A stretch of DNA of 64,000 bases from an uncultured Ignavibacteriaceae bacterium (lineage in GTDB: Bacteria; Bacteroidota; Ignavibacteria; Ignavibacteriales; Ignavibacteriaceae): contig CAVQOL010000014.1 of the NCBI GenBank assembly GCA_963714415.1, positions 10,223-74,222 of the forward strand, given 5' to 3'. Of the stretch, positions 1-10,309 are shown in pieces. The stretch's first letter is position 1. Every line of letters starts with the position of its first letter. Below the pieces are notes generated by a model, which did no database searches, was not told the origin of the DNA, and was given only the letters and a program-made list of their open reading frames with translations. The translations under genes and the position numbers were made by a program.

Positions 1-723
1 AATTCCTTGCTGTCCATCAAGTTCTGCATTGAATGCAGATTTTAACACACGTAAAGCCATAGGACTGTGCTGAAGCATTTGTCTTGCCCATTCAACACCT
101 TCTGTCTCAAGTTGATCAACAGGAACGACTTTGTTAACCAATCCCATTGCTTCGGCTTCCTGTGCATTGTATTGTTTGCAGAGATACCATATCTCACGGG
201 CTTTTTTCTGCCCGACAATTCTTGCAAGATAGCTTGAACCGAAGCCGCCATCAAAGCTGCCGACCTTTGGACCTGTTTGTCCGAATATAGCATTATCTGC
301 TGCTATGGTTAAATCGCAAATAACATGAAGAACATGTCCACCGCCAATTGCATAACCCGCAACTAATGCAACAACAGGTTTTGGAATGCTTCTAATAATT
401 TTTTGAAGATCTAAAACATTTAATCTTGGAACGCCATCATCTTTTCCGACATAACCTTTATCGCCGCGAATTCTTTGATCGCCCCCAGAACAGAATGCAT
501 ATGTTCCATCTTTGGCTGGACCTTGACCGGTTAATAAAATAACACCAATTTCTTGATCTTCTCGTGCGTCTACAAAAGCCTCAATCATTTCTTTAACTGT
601 TTCAGGACGAAATGCATTGCGTACTTCCGGACGATTGATTGTTACCTTAGCAATCCCTTCACCATCAAGTTTTTCGTAAATGATGTCTTTATACTCTTTT
701 ACTTTTATCCATTGGAAAGGCAT
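1..723 (-). CDS. menB: 1,4-dihydroxy-2-naphthoyl-CoA synthase, C-terminus runs off the window start
   Basis: Own minus-strand translation from the ATG (complement of 721-723): [43 protein letters not shown]...[12 protein letters not shown]...[48 protein letters not shown]. This is a crotonase-fold MenB pattern. It is absent from the ORF track because there is no stop inside the window. Confidence 0.93.
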   Translation of the reverse strand, partial: MPFQWIKVKEYKDIIYEKLDGEGIAKVTINRPEVRNAFRPETVKEMIEAFVDAREDQEIGVILLTGQGPAKDGTYAFCSGGDQRIRGDKGYVGKDDGVPRLNVLDLQKIIRSIPKPVVALVAGYAIGGGHVLHVICDLTIAADNAIFGQTGPKVGSFDGGFGSSYLARIVGQKKAREIWYLCKQYNAQEAEAMGLVNKVVPVDQLETEGVEWARQMLQHSPMALRVLKSAFNAELDGQQGI

Positions 724-774
724 AATTATTCCTATTTTTATTATGTGTTCAAAAATATTGAAAATTAAAGAAAG

Positions 775-1595
775 TTAGAACGGATTAACAAAACTATAAA
801 CAATATCAGCATATTTCTTAGTTTCTTCGAGGTGAACATTATGCCCGGAATTTTGAATAATTGAGAGTTTTGAGACGGGTATCAATCTTTTCATGTGGGA
901 ATTTATATCAACAAATTTTTTATCTAACTCACCGCAGATAAGCTGAACAGGCATTCGGATTTCGGAAAGTCTAGCAAATAAAGGTTCCATAACTCCTGTT
1001 CCAAATCCAAGTAAAGAATTCGCCAAACCAGTTCTATTACTTTGTAATTTTCGATTTCTTATTTCTTCTAAAACTTTTTCGGAAAGATTTCTTTGAGTTT
1101 GAAATATTTCTTTGTTCATCCAATCATCCACAAAACTTTCTATCGGATTTGATAAAATATATTCTGCCAGGTTTTTATCAGTTCTTTCCCTTTCAAACTT
1201 AAGGGAAGAATTATTTATTCCCGCTGAAGCACTTTCAAGAATTAATCCTTCCAGATCATATGGTAAACTTAATGAGTAGTTTAAGGCGGCTCTTCCTCCC
1301 ATCGAATAACCAAGCAGGAAAATTTTTTTGCCTGTTACATGCTCTTTAACTTTTTTTATTTGACGGACAATTGATTCGATTGTATAGTAATTCAGATTTG
1401 ATGGTGAATCACTTTTGCCGTGTCCGATTAAATCAATTCCAACAAGATTAAAATTTACCGGAAAATATTTTTCAAATGTAAGCCAATCTTCGAGCGAACC
1501 GGTAAATCCGTGAAGAAGAAACAGGTAAAATTATTTTTTATTTCAGGACGCAAAAATTCATAATTTATTCTTATCGACTCAAATTCAATAAACAT
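775..1595 (-). pseudogene. menH: SHCHC synthase (alpha/beta hydrolase MenH), one apparent frameshift near the N-terminus
   Basis: ORF 775..1302 extends upstream in frame through the nucleophile elbow FLLGYSMGGRAA and LFLLHGFTGS. A TAA then blocks the frame. In another frame MFIEFESIRINYEFLRPEIKNNF starts at an ATG overlapping the menD stop. The shift lies in the A/T run at ~1525-1540. Confidence 0.8.
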
Positions 1596-3369
1596 TTTCA
1601 GAACCTTTTAACCATTCATCGACTTCTTCAACCAGATTATGCCAAAAATCTCTTCTTTTCTTAAGTGATTCCCGGGCATTTGTTTTAACTTCAATTACTA
1701 AAGGAATATCTGAGCGTCTATTAAGGGCAAGATTCAACTGAGTCGAAGTTTTAACAATTTTGTAATCAATATTCATCGCATTAATAATATTTTCAAAATT
1801 CATTTTAGTGGATGCAAGAAAATATTTTTTCAATTCATCTTTCTGGTCTGCAATAGGAAGGGAGTTAAATAATCCGCCGCCATCGTTATTGATTAAGATA
1901 ATAGTAAGATTAATATTTTTCGCTTTAGCAATATGTAAAGCTGTTAAGTCATAGTAAAAAGCCAGATCACCGGTTAACAGAAAGGTGCGTTCTTTTGTCG
2001 CTTCAGCAATGCCTAAAGCTGTTGAAATAATTCCGTCGATACCACTTGCACCACGATTTTGATGAACAGTGAAATTCTTATTTGTCTTTTGTAAAAAGAA
2101 ATCCAGATCACGTATCGGTGTGCTGTTTGAAACAAATAAGACTGATTTATCAGGAATGTTTCTTGAAATATGAGAGATGATGTTAGGCTCATCAATCAAA
2201 TGGGAATTGTTAATGTATTCAACTTTAAGCCATTCACACAGATCATCAAGCTTGAGCAAAAATTTTATCCAGTTAGAAATATTCTTTTTCCTTGAAGTTC
2301 CAATATTTTTTATCAGTTTATCAGTAAATGTGTAAACATCTGCTTTAATTAATTTAGTTGCATTACGCGAAGGATCATAACAATCACCGAATTCATTAAT
2401 TATAAATCTCGAAGTTTTGATTTTTGAAAGATAATTTTCCAATGATGCAGAAGTTGGAGTTCTTCCAAATTGCAGGATCAAATCCGGTTGAACTTTTTTT
2501 ACAAATTCATTCGACCGCAAAAATGCATCATAGTTTGTAATGATTAAATCATTTTCTTTAACTCCGGTTCGGAAATTTGAAGCACCATCGGCAAGAATTG
2601 GAAATCCAGTTAAGCCGGATAATAATTTAATTTTATTTTTTAGCAGCTTATTAAAATTTGTCGGACCAACTATAATTAAACCGTTAGAAGACAGTCTGAT
2701 TGCATCATAAACTTCGTTTAACTCTTTTTCCTTAAATAAAATTTTAGAGCAATGAAACAATTGAGCAGCAGAGATCTCATCAATCTCACTCAGCTTTGAT
2801 TCAGTTAGTTCGTCCGTATGTAAATGAGGTTCAAGCGGTTTTTCAAAAGGAAAATTGATATGAACCGGACCGCGATCGGTAATCAAAGCAATCCGGAATG
2901 CTTCATTTGTTTTCTTTAAAAATTTCTCAATTGATTTTTTACTTAGATTGGGTAATCCTGCATCGTAAAAAAATCTTATATGATTTTTATATAGATTATC
3001 CTGATTTATAGTCTGATTTGCCCCAGTATTTCTTAAATCTTCAGGGCGATCAGCAGTACAGACAATCATTGGCACACGATTTTGATAAGCTTCTGTGATA
3101 GCCGGATAAAGTTCAACTGCCGCTGTTCCCGATGTTGTTACTACTGCCACTGGAAGACAGGTTTGTTTTGCTAAACCTAAAGCAAAGAAACCGGATTGTC
3201 TTTCATCAACAAATACATGCTTTCTTATTTGTTTATTGTTTGCAAATGCTGAAGTAAGCGGCGTGCTTCTTGAACCGGGAGAAATACAAACATGCTTAAG
3301 TCCTGATTCAGCAAGCTGATTAACGAACTTTTCAGCCCAGATAAAATTTTTGTTAACTTTTATTTTCAT
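1585..3369 (-). CDS. menD: SEPHCHC synthase (thiamine-diphosphate enzyme)
   Basis: 594-aa intact ORF. ThDP-binding motif GDLAFYYDL...NNDGGGLF. Sits between menF and menH. Confidence 0.92.
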   Translation of the reverse strand: MKIKVNKNFIWAEKFVNQLAESGLKHVCISPGSRSTPLTSAFANNKQIRKHVFVDERQSGFFALGLAKQTCLPVAVVTTSGTAAVELYPAITEAYQNRVPMIVCTADRPEDLRNTGANQTINQDNLYKNHIRFFYDAGLPNLSKKSIEKFLKKTNEAFRIALITDRGPVHINFPFEKPLEPHLHTDELTESKLSEIDEISAAQLFHCSKILFKEKELNEVYDAIRLSSNGLIIVGPTNFNKLLKNKIKLLSGLTGFPILADGASNFRTGVKENDLIITNYDAFLRSNEFVKKVQPDLILQFGRTPTSASLENYLSKIKTSRFIINEFGDCYDPSRNATKLIKADVYTFTDKLIKNIGTSRKKNISNWIKFLLKLDDLCEWLKVEYINNSHLIDEPNIISHISRNIPDKSVLFVSNSTPIRDLDFFLQKTNKNFTVHQNRGASGIDGIISTALGIAEATKERTFLLTGDLAFYYDLTALHIAKAKNINLTIILINNDGGGLFNSLPIADQKDELKKYFLASTKMNFENIINAMNIDYKIVKTSTQLNLALNRRSDIPLVIEVKTNARESLKKRRDFWHNLVEEVDEWLKGSENVY

Positions 3370-4761
3370 TGTTGAATAAAGAAATAATTGCTTCAGCTTT
3401 TAATTGTGTCTCTTTAAATTCTTTTTCAGGATCAGAACCGGAAACTATGCCACATCCTGCATACACATATAATTTATTTTGATTTATTAAAGCGGATCTT
3501 ATAGATACTATTAACTCAGAATCCTCTTTAAGATTCATCCATCCTAAAAAACCTGAAAACATACCTCTGTCAAAATCTTCAACTTCATCAATAACATTGA
3601 TTGTCTGTTTTGTAGGATAACCACCGACTGCAGGAGTTGGAAAAATATCATCTAATATTGAAAAGATTTTTGAGCCGCTTTTTATGTTTCCTTTAAGTCC
3701 AGTATATAAATGTTGAATATTTGATAATTTTTTTAATGAAGGTGATGTGTCAATCTTAACATTACTGCAATATTTATTAAGAATATATTTAAGATGATCT
3801 ATAACAAAAACATGTTCATCTATATCCTTAGAACTCTCAACAAGAATTGATTCAAAGTGCTTGTCCTCTTTATCACTATTTCCTCTTTCTATAGAACCGG
3901 CAAGTGCTTCAGTATGAAGTTCACTATTTTTTATCACAAGTAATTTTTCCGGCGATGCACCAAAGAATATGGATTTTTTTACTTTATAAATGAAATTATA
4001 ACATTCAGGATACTTTTTATCCAATTTAAAAGCTAAATCTGCCATACTCAAAATTATCAATAAGATTAAATTCAGTTTTCCTGGATAATACGACTTTAGC
4101 AAATTCTTTATCATCTATTTTTTTAAGTACCTTATTAACTTTATTCTGCCAATCAGAAAACACTTCACTCTTTGAAGATTTTATATATGTTTTTATTGAT
4201 TTACTTTGAAATGAGAGACTTATTTCTTTTTATTCGTTCATTTATCGAATTAAACTTTTTTATTAAAGAAATTTTATCATTAACTGAATTGGAATTGATA
4301 TTAATTACAGAATAAGCTTGTTCTCCATATTTAATAAGGATCAACTCCGGAATAAAAAGTTTTACTGGTTCAAAATCCTTCCATTCCTCTGATGTTTTAT
4401 CTGAGGGAAACTTTGCGGCAAAGAAAAATATAGGAGGATAATAACCTGTTGTTTCAAAATTGTGGTGTAGATTATTTTTTATGAGGGAAAAATTATTATA
4501 GAATTGTTTCAGTTCATTAGTGTTTTTAAAAGAATGACTAAATGACTCGCCGGAAGTGAGAATATAGAAATTCTGTTCGGGAATAGAATAGTAAAATAGG
4601 TTATCCTGATTTTTCTCAAATAATTTTATTGCAGAATAAAGATTTATTTCATCTTCTTTGGATACATAACTAATAATTGAAGGTTCACTAGATTGATTAT
4701 AGTCTAATGAATCAACAAACTTCATTAAAATTTTCATTATCAATATTAATTTTATCGGCAA
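3353..4761 (-). pseudogene. menF: Isochorismate synthase, split over three frames
   Basis: C-terminal chorismate-binding part (FFGASPEKLL, TEALAGS, PTPAVGGYP, FDRGMFSGFLGW, AGCGIVSGSDPEKEFKETQLKAE) is in ORF 3353..4114. The N-terminal part is in ORF 4201..4761. A third frame between them reads SEVFSDWQNKVNKVLKKIDDKEFAKVVLSRKTEFNL. Shifts lie near 4200-4235 and 4028-4060. Confidence 0.85.
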
Positions 4762-4770
4762 TAATCATAT

Positions 4771-5735
4771 CTAAAAATTCAAATCTTCTTCTATTGAATC
4801 CAATATCCTTAAATAACTGTCATATCTTTCCATCGTAATTTTTCCTTTCTTCAACGGCTTTTATCACTGCACACTCAGGTTCATGGTGATGTGTGCAAGT
4901 ATTAAACCTGCATTCATTTATGATATTTATTGAACTCTTTAAAGTAATAAGAAAGATTTTCTTTCCTTATACCATAAGGATCAATTTCCCTTACACCGGG
5001 AGTATCGATGATGTAAGTATCGTTACCAACATAAAACATAGGGCTTGTAACAGTGGTATGGATTCCCTTTTGAGAGTATGTACTAATTTCGCCTACCTTT
5101 AATTTCAATTCAGGAAAAAGTTTATTTAGTATAGAAGATTTTCCCACGCCTGAATGTCCCCAAAATAAATTTTTCTTTCCTTTGATAAGTTCATCAATCG
5201 CATTAATTCCTTCACCAGTAATAACACTTGAAAGAATTACATCATATCCAATAGACGTGTAAAGCTCTTTCCAGAAAGTGTAATTATCGTCTTCAATCAA
5301 ATCTGCCTTATTGATTACAATGTGTGTGTTGAGATGAGAACTTTCGCAAGCAACAAGAAAGCGGTCAACAGATTTATAATTAAATTCCGGTTCCTTAATA
5401 CTTGCAATAACAAAAACATTATCAATATTCGCCGCAATAACCTGTTCAAGTCTTTCACCGCGATAACTTGATCCACGGATCTTAGGAGCTTTACGTGAAA
5501 GATAATTTTTACGCTTCAATATTTTTTTTATAACACCGCTTCCGTCTTTATTCAGATCATATTCAACAAAATCACCCACAACTGCTACGTCTGTCGCATA
5601 TAATTTATCTTTCTTAAGATTAAAATCCTTTTTGAATTTTCCCTTAAGTGAACATCTTATAGTTGAATGATCTTCAGGCGAAAATACGTAATAATCCTTG
5701 CTTTCAGTTCTGTTAACTAAGCCTTGAATGATAAA
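4771..5735 (-). pseudogene. rsgA: Ribosome small-subunit-dependent GTPase A, C-terminal zinc-finger region frameshifted twice; start uncertain
   Basis: ORF 4914..5579 has NKADL, GHSGVGKSSILNKL and DTPGVREI. Downstream in other frames: [23 protein letters not shown], then [24 protein letters not shown]. The N-terminus extends in frame (IIQGLVNRTESKDYYVFSPEDHSTIRCSLKG) with no ATG. Confidence 0.85.
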
Positions 5736-5740
5736 CTCCG

Positions 5741-5782
5741 GTATAAAAATAAAAAAGCGTCATAACGAAAATATGACGCTTT
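5741..5782 (-). terminator. Rho-independent terminator after the OMP gene 5811..7229
   Basis: Perfect 10-bp stem AAAGCGTCAT / ATGACGCTTT (5754-5763 / 5773-5782) with a 9-nt loop. On the minus strand it is followed by TTTTTTATTTTTAT. Confidence 0.8.
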
Positions 5783-5810
5783 GATTGCTTAATCAAATTG
5801 AGTGAGATGA

Positions 5811-7229
5811 TTAAAATCGATATGTAGTGGTAAGCATAAAATTATTAACTTTTATATCCTGGGAAGTCCGGGATAAATTCGATCCGTAATTATCTCCAAA
5901 GTCTTTCCACCAGCCATAAGCATAGCCTAAATCAATACCAATAGTTCCGTCAATAATGTAACCAATACCAGCAGTGAGATATTTTCTATCATAATCGGAA
6001 GGATCACCATCAAAAGCAGATGGCTGAGTAAAATATCCGCCTCTTAAACGCAAACTTGTCTGTGGTACGTTGTATTCCAGACCTAAGTTGTAATTGAATA
6101 CTGTAGCAAGTAAATCTTTAATATCTTTGTTCATAACAGAAATGTCTTCAGGAGATATTCCTTCAGCATTATCAAATTCCATTTGAGAATAATCAATCAT
6201 AGTTGCTTCTGCACTAAAAATCAAACCGCGAAAGTTAAATGAAAAGCCTGCACCAATTTCAAATGGGGTTATAATATCGTATTGAACTTTATCACTATAA
6301 TCTTCTGAATTGAGATCGACTATCCAATTTGCAAACTCGCTGCTTCCGCTAACATTAAAATCTTCTTTGATTGTATAATATTTTGGAAATTGAATTGTTG
6401 CCCCAATGCGAGCAATATTTTCAACCTGATACAAAAATCCAATTTTTGCATTCCAACCGGATAAATCCCAATCAATTAATTGATTGAGATAAAAAGTTCT
6501 GAAATCAGTAGTAAATGATTCTCCAGTAACAGTTTCTCCCTGGTAAATATTTCTTGTATCATCTTCATAATAATCATAATCGGATTTGAATCCGCCGGAA
6601 ACAATATTAAGGTTAGCTCCGACAAATAAGTTTTTATGAACTTCAATTGCTCCTGAGAGAGTCCAGTTGTTGATTGAACCGCTATTAAGAATGTTTCCAC
6701 TTTGATTTAGCAAACCGTTAATTGGGGTGTTAAATTCCTCATCAGTCAGATAGAGATCATAAGGAATATATGTTCTATCATTTAGGAATTGAATTCTTGA
6801 ATGATCTTCTGAATTGAAACCGTCAAATTTTACAGTGCTGTTAAAGTCTTTGGTTTTGTGATATGATAATCCAAAGACTAAACTTCCTCTTATTGTCGGG
6901 AAAGGGAAAGCAAAACTTATCCTGTCCAAATTTGTGCTGTTTGAATTATCATCAATAGTATTGTTAAATAAAGTAACATCGTTATTGAATGATGAAAATC
7001 CAAGACCACCGGAGAATTCCATTTTTTTCATCAAACCAAATCCGGCAGGATTAAAAAAAGCCGCCGATGCATCATCGCTTATCGCAATAAAACTATTACC
7101 CATTCCTAAGGCACGTGCATTTGAACCTAAGCCTGGAAGACCTAATCGTAATGCATCATTATAATTTTGAGCGAATGATGATGTAATAGATAGTAAAATA
7201 ATTACTAAAGAAAATTTTATAGCTTTCAT
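5811..7229 (-). CDS. Outer-membrane beta-barrel protein, FadL / PorV-PorQ-like
   Basis: Signal peptide MKAIKFSLVIILLSITSSFAQ. N-terminal motif NARALGMGNSFIAISDDASAAFFNPAG. Alternating beta-strand pattern with C-terminal ...TTTYRF. The start overlaps the upstream stop (TAATG). Confidence 0.65.
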   Translation of the reverse strand: MKAIKFSLVIILLSITSSFAQNYNDALRLGLPGLGSNARALGMGNSFIAISDDASAAFFNPAGFGLMKKMEFSGGLGFSSFNNDVTLFNNTIDDNSNSTNLDRISFAFPFPTIRGSLVFGLSYHKTKDFNSTVKFDGFNSEDHSRIQFLNDRTYIPYDLYLTDEEFNTPINGLLNQSGNILNSGSINNWTLSGAIEVHKNLFVGANLNIVSGGFKSDYDYYEDDTRNIYQGETVTGESFTTDFRTFYLNQLIDWDLSGWNAKIGFLYQVENIARIGATIQFPKYYTIKEDFNVSGSSEFANWIVDLNSEDYSDKVQYDIITPFEIGAGFSFNFRGLIFSAEATMIDYSQMEFDNAEGISPEDISVMNKDIKDLLATVFNYNLGLEYNVPQTSLRLRGGYFTQPSAFDGDPSDYDRKYLTAGIGYIIDGTIGIDLGYAYGWWKDFGDNYGSNLSRTSQDIKVNNFMLTTTYRF

Positions 7230-7742
7230 TATTTTCTCTCATTTCCTGAATTTCTACTTCCTGAATCGTTCCTGGTATCCGAACTTCTGGTATTACTTGA
7301 ACCAGATGAACTGCTGCTTGATGATTCCGTTCTGGATACACTTCCGGAGCTTCCGGTATTACTGTTAGAACTTGTAGATGTATTATTAGAATCACCGGTA
7401 CTTATTGTAGGCGGTGGTGTATTTAAGATTTCGGGGATTCTTCCGCCTGTATTTCTTCCACCGTCATTATTTCTAATATCTTTTGTATCACCGTCTCTTG
7501 AATTATCTCTATCCTTTGTTATAGAAACATTACCTGAAGTTGGATTATATGGATAGTCAACAATTATAGGAACAGTAATACCACCAGGGGATATCATAAA
7601 AATCAGTTTCGTAACCGTAATAATGAGATATCGAAATGTAATCTTCAGTTATTTTTTTATCTGGTGTCCAGAGTATTGTATAACAACCTTCTAAACCAAA
7701 AAGAACAAAAGTAATCACCAATATTTTTAATAATGTTTTCAT
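7229..7742 (-). pseudogene. Tyr-rich / Ser-Asn-Arg low-complexity lipoprotein (short paralogue of 7750..8925), one apparent frameshift
   Basis: Lipobox LFGLEGC followed by YT, as in the neighbour. HYYGYETDFYDIPWWYYCSYN sits in one frame and VDYPYNPTSGNVSITKDRDNSRDGD...SSSSSSGSSNTRSS in the other. The shift is at ~7555-7570. Confidence 0.6.
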
Positions 7743-7749
7743 TATTTAC

Positions 7750-8925
7750 CTACCTTGTCCTGGAGTCTCTGTCACGAGATCCACTGCTGCCACTTCCACC
7801 ACTATTTCTTGATGGCGGGGGAGAAGAGCGTGGCGGACTGCTTGGTCTATTGCTGCTTGGAGGGCTTACAGTTCTGTTAGGTTGATTATTTCCTCGAGGT
7901 GGAGTATTAACATTTGGTTTTCGATTAGAATCCGTATTTGGTCTTCTTTCAATTCTCGGTGGATTATTATTCTCTTTCCTAGTATTTACATCACTGTTTC
8001 TCTTAGTATTTTCATTTCTTCTAATTACAGGATTTTTATTTTCTTTGCTTTCCCTTCGTCCTTTAACATTTTCTTCACGCTGTTGATCTCTGGGATCTTT
8101 TCTAACTTTTCGATCTGTAGTAACTCTTTTTTGTTTGTCTCTATCAGTCTGAACATTTTTCCTTCCCTGATCTTTTCTGCTATCGAGAGTTTTGGTTCTC
8201 TCACTAGTTCTTGTGCTTGTTCTGGTATCGAGTATATTTCTATCTCGTAAAACATCTGTTCTTTTTTCGGTTACATTACGATCAATATTTGCTAAAGAAG
8301 TTCTTTCTCTTTGTTTAAGCTCACTGCGTAAAAGATCGGATGCGGATCGGTCTCTGGTAACCAGAGGATCTCTATCTCTAAGACCACTATTTCTTAAACC
8401 CGAATTATTTCTGACAGCGTAAATATCATTAGTTCTGTATTTATAAGTGGTATAATTCCAGGAACCATAGTACGGATAATACCAACCGGAATAATAAACC
8501 GGATAGTAATAAACAGGGTAAAAAAGAATAGGTCTGTAATACCAGACAGGGTAGTAGCAGTAATAATCCCAATAGAAAGGATCATAATAATACCAACTGT
8601 ATCCGTAGTTCAATCCTATTGTAACAGAAGGATAATAGTTCCAGTAATATTTGCGGTACGTTGGATAATCGTAATTATAATTGTCATTGTTATATTCATA
8701 TTCATCATTTTCAGTGTACGATTCAGTATCTTCATAATCGTCGTAATACTCACTGCTTTCTTCGTAATATTCTGAAGTATCATTTTCTACATAATCTTCA
8801 TAATATGGTTCATCGCTATAGCCGCTCCATTCATTAGTAACGACTTTTGTATAGCATCCTGTTAAAAGAAACAAAGCAGGAAAAATTATCATCGAGAGGG
8901 TTAATATTTTTTTCATCTCATCCAT
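7750..8925 (-). CDS. Lipoprotein with acidic/Tyr, aromatic, basic and Ser-Pro-Arg low-complexity blocks
   Basis: Lipobox LFLLTGC. No recognisable enzymatic motif. The extreme composition is described in the findings. Confidence 0.6.
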   Translation of the reverse strand: MDEMKKILTLSMIIFPALFLLTGCYTKVVTNEWSGYSDEPYYEDYVENDTSEYYEESSEYYDDYEDTESYTENDEYEYNNDNYNYDYPTYRKYYWNYYPSVTIGLNYGYSWYYYDPFYWDYYCYYPVWYYRPILFYPVYYYPVYYSGWYYPYYGSWNYTTYKYRTNDIYAVRNNSGLRNSGLRDRDPLVTRDRSASDLLRSELKQRERTSLANIDRNVTEKRTDVLRDRNILDTRTSTRTSERTKTLDSRKDQGRKNVQTDRDKQKRVTTDRKVRKDPRDQQREENVKGRRESKENKNPVIRRNENTKRNSDVNTRKENNNPPRIERRPNTDSNRKPNVNTPPRGNNQPNRTVSPPSSNRPSSPPRSSPPPSRNSGGSGSSGSRDRDSRTR

Positions 8926-9074
8926 CCTTTTTTTAACTGCTTAAAAATGGTCAAAAATCAAGCCTAATTAAAGTCGGAAAAACATATCAGAAAGTGGAAG
9001 AATAGAGATAAAAACCCTTTTTTTTGTATAATAATTTAAACTTTAGTGTCTATTCAAATGTACACAAAGAAAAA

Positions 9075-9848
9075 TTAAAATATACTTTGAATGAACTCCA
9101 TTGTTAATCCTCTATCAGCAGCAGATGGATTCCATTGTTTATTCGTTAAAATATCTCTTAATTCCAATCCAATGGTAAACCCATTTCCCACACCCCATTT
9201 TACAGCAACATTTAAATAACCTGTTCCTTTACCAAAAAGATCGGATGAATTATCGTTAAACCCAAGGTCATATTCTCCAAGAACGGAAAAATTTGGACCT
9301 AATGTTTTTTCAACACCAACAATAAGATTTATAAAACCATCACCATCTTTGTTTTCAATAGAATAATTAATTACTCCATGAAAACTTAAGTAACCCAGCA
9401 ACTCAAAATTCTTGCTTGATGCGGCAAAAAATCCGGGTGACTTAATCGCATATCTTCCAAACTCATCGAAGTATTCACCTTTACCTTGTGAATCAAATCC
9501 AAGAGCAATTGCAGGAATTAAAGTTGTTTCATTAATTAACCTTACCCGAAAGTTGACACCTGGCCACTTATACCATTCAGGAGATCCAATTCCAATAATA
9601 TTTGTTCCACCATAAGAAATTCCAAAACTTACATTATCGAACACGCCGACTTCTATTTTTGCCACTAATACTCCTAAAGGCAGAATATCTGTCGTTATGC
9701 CTACATTTCCTTTGTCAAGAATTCCTGCAGTTGGCATATCAATTAAATATCTGTATTCATATTTTGCAGATGTACCAGCAGACCCTTGAGCAAAAATTGG
9801 GCTGACCTGTAATATGAAAGCTGCGGTAATTATTAATAAAGTTCGCAT
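9075..9848 (-). CDS. Small outer-membrane beta-barrel protein, unknown function
   Basis: Signal peptide MRTLLIITAAFILQVSPIFAQ. Alternating hydrophobic strands. C-terminal ...EFIQSIF. Confidence 0.55.
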   Translation of the reverse strand: MRTLLIITAAFILQVSPIFAQGSAGTSAKYEYRYLIDMPTAGILDKGNVGITTDILPLGVLVAKIEVGVFDNVSFGISYGGTNIIGIGSPEWYKWPGVNFRVRLINETTLIPAIALGFDSQGKGEYFDEFGRYAIKSPGFFAASSKNFELLGYLSFHGVINYSIENKDGDGFINLIVGVEKTLGPNFSVLGEYDLGFNDNSSDLFGKGTGYLNVAVKWGVGNGFTIGLELRDILTNKQWNPSAADRGLTMEFIQSIF

Positions 9849-9922
9849 AATTCCTCGGAGTTTTATTTTTTCATATTCAAAATAAAAAATATTTTAATTT
9901 ATTGCACTATAATAATTTAGCC

Positions 9923-10309
9923 TTATCCAGTTAAAGCTAAGATTTCAAACCTTATCAGGTTAGGGAATAGTGAGAATTGAGATTTAATAGAAATTTCTAC
10001 CTTGCCAGAAGTGCCTTTAGAACGAAGAATGATAAATCCATTTTTTTGATCTAGTTCAACTATTTCAATTAAACTTTCGCCTTCCAAAAAAATAAATTCT
10101 GCAGTTGAATATCTGAAAGGAATTTTCCATCCAAAAGCGTTAACCGGAATAACTTCAATTTTTATTGTTGAAGAGTGATCGGCAAATAAATTCTCAGGAT
10201 GTTTTTTAATGACGTCTCCATAAACATTAAAAACATACATCGAAAAGAAGATCAGAATAAATATTGAAACTGAAATCAGAATAATTAAAATATTTTTTCT
10301 CCTATTCAT
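9923..10309 (-). CDS. Membrane-anchored hypothetical protein
   Basis: 128 aa with an N-terminal TM helix (ILIILISVSIFILIFFSMYVF). Overlaps the upstream ATP-grasp gene by 8 nt. Confidence 0.4.
   Translation of the reverse strand: MNRRKNILIILISVSIFILIFFSMYVFNVYGDVIKKHPENLFADHSSTIKIEVIPVNAFGWKIPFRYSTAEFIFLEGESLIEIVELDQKNGFIILRSKGTSGKVEISIKSQFSLFPNLIRFEILALTG

Noticed and set aside
42-768. ORF-track entries 42..293(-) and 553..768(+) as genes.
   Set aside because: Both lie inside the clear menB reading frame (1..723, minus) in other frames or on the opposite strand. Their translations have no protein-like features.
5761-5763. The ATG (minus strand) as the rsgA start codon.
   Set aside because: It sits inside the stem of the terminator hairpin of the upstream OMP gene and is out of frame with rsgA. 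The true start remains unresolved; it may be a non-ATG codon or a further indel.
7882-8422. Plus-strand ORFs 7882..8250 and 8192..8422, and nested minus-strand ORFs 8025..8255 and 8394..8585.
   Set aside because: They are shadow frames of the low-complexity lipoprotein gene 7750..8925. Repetitive codon composition keeps several frames open.
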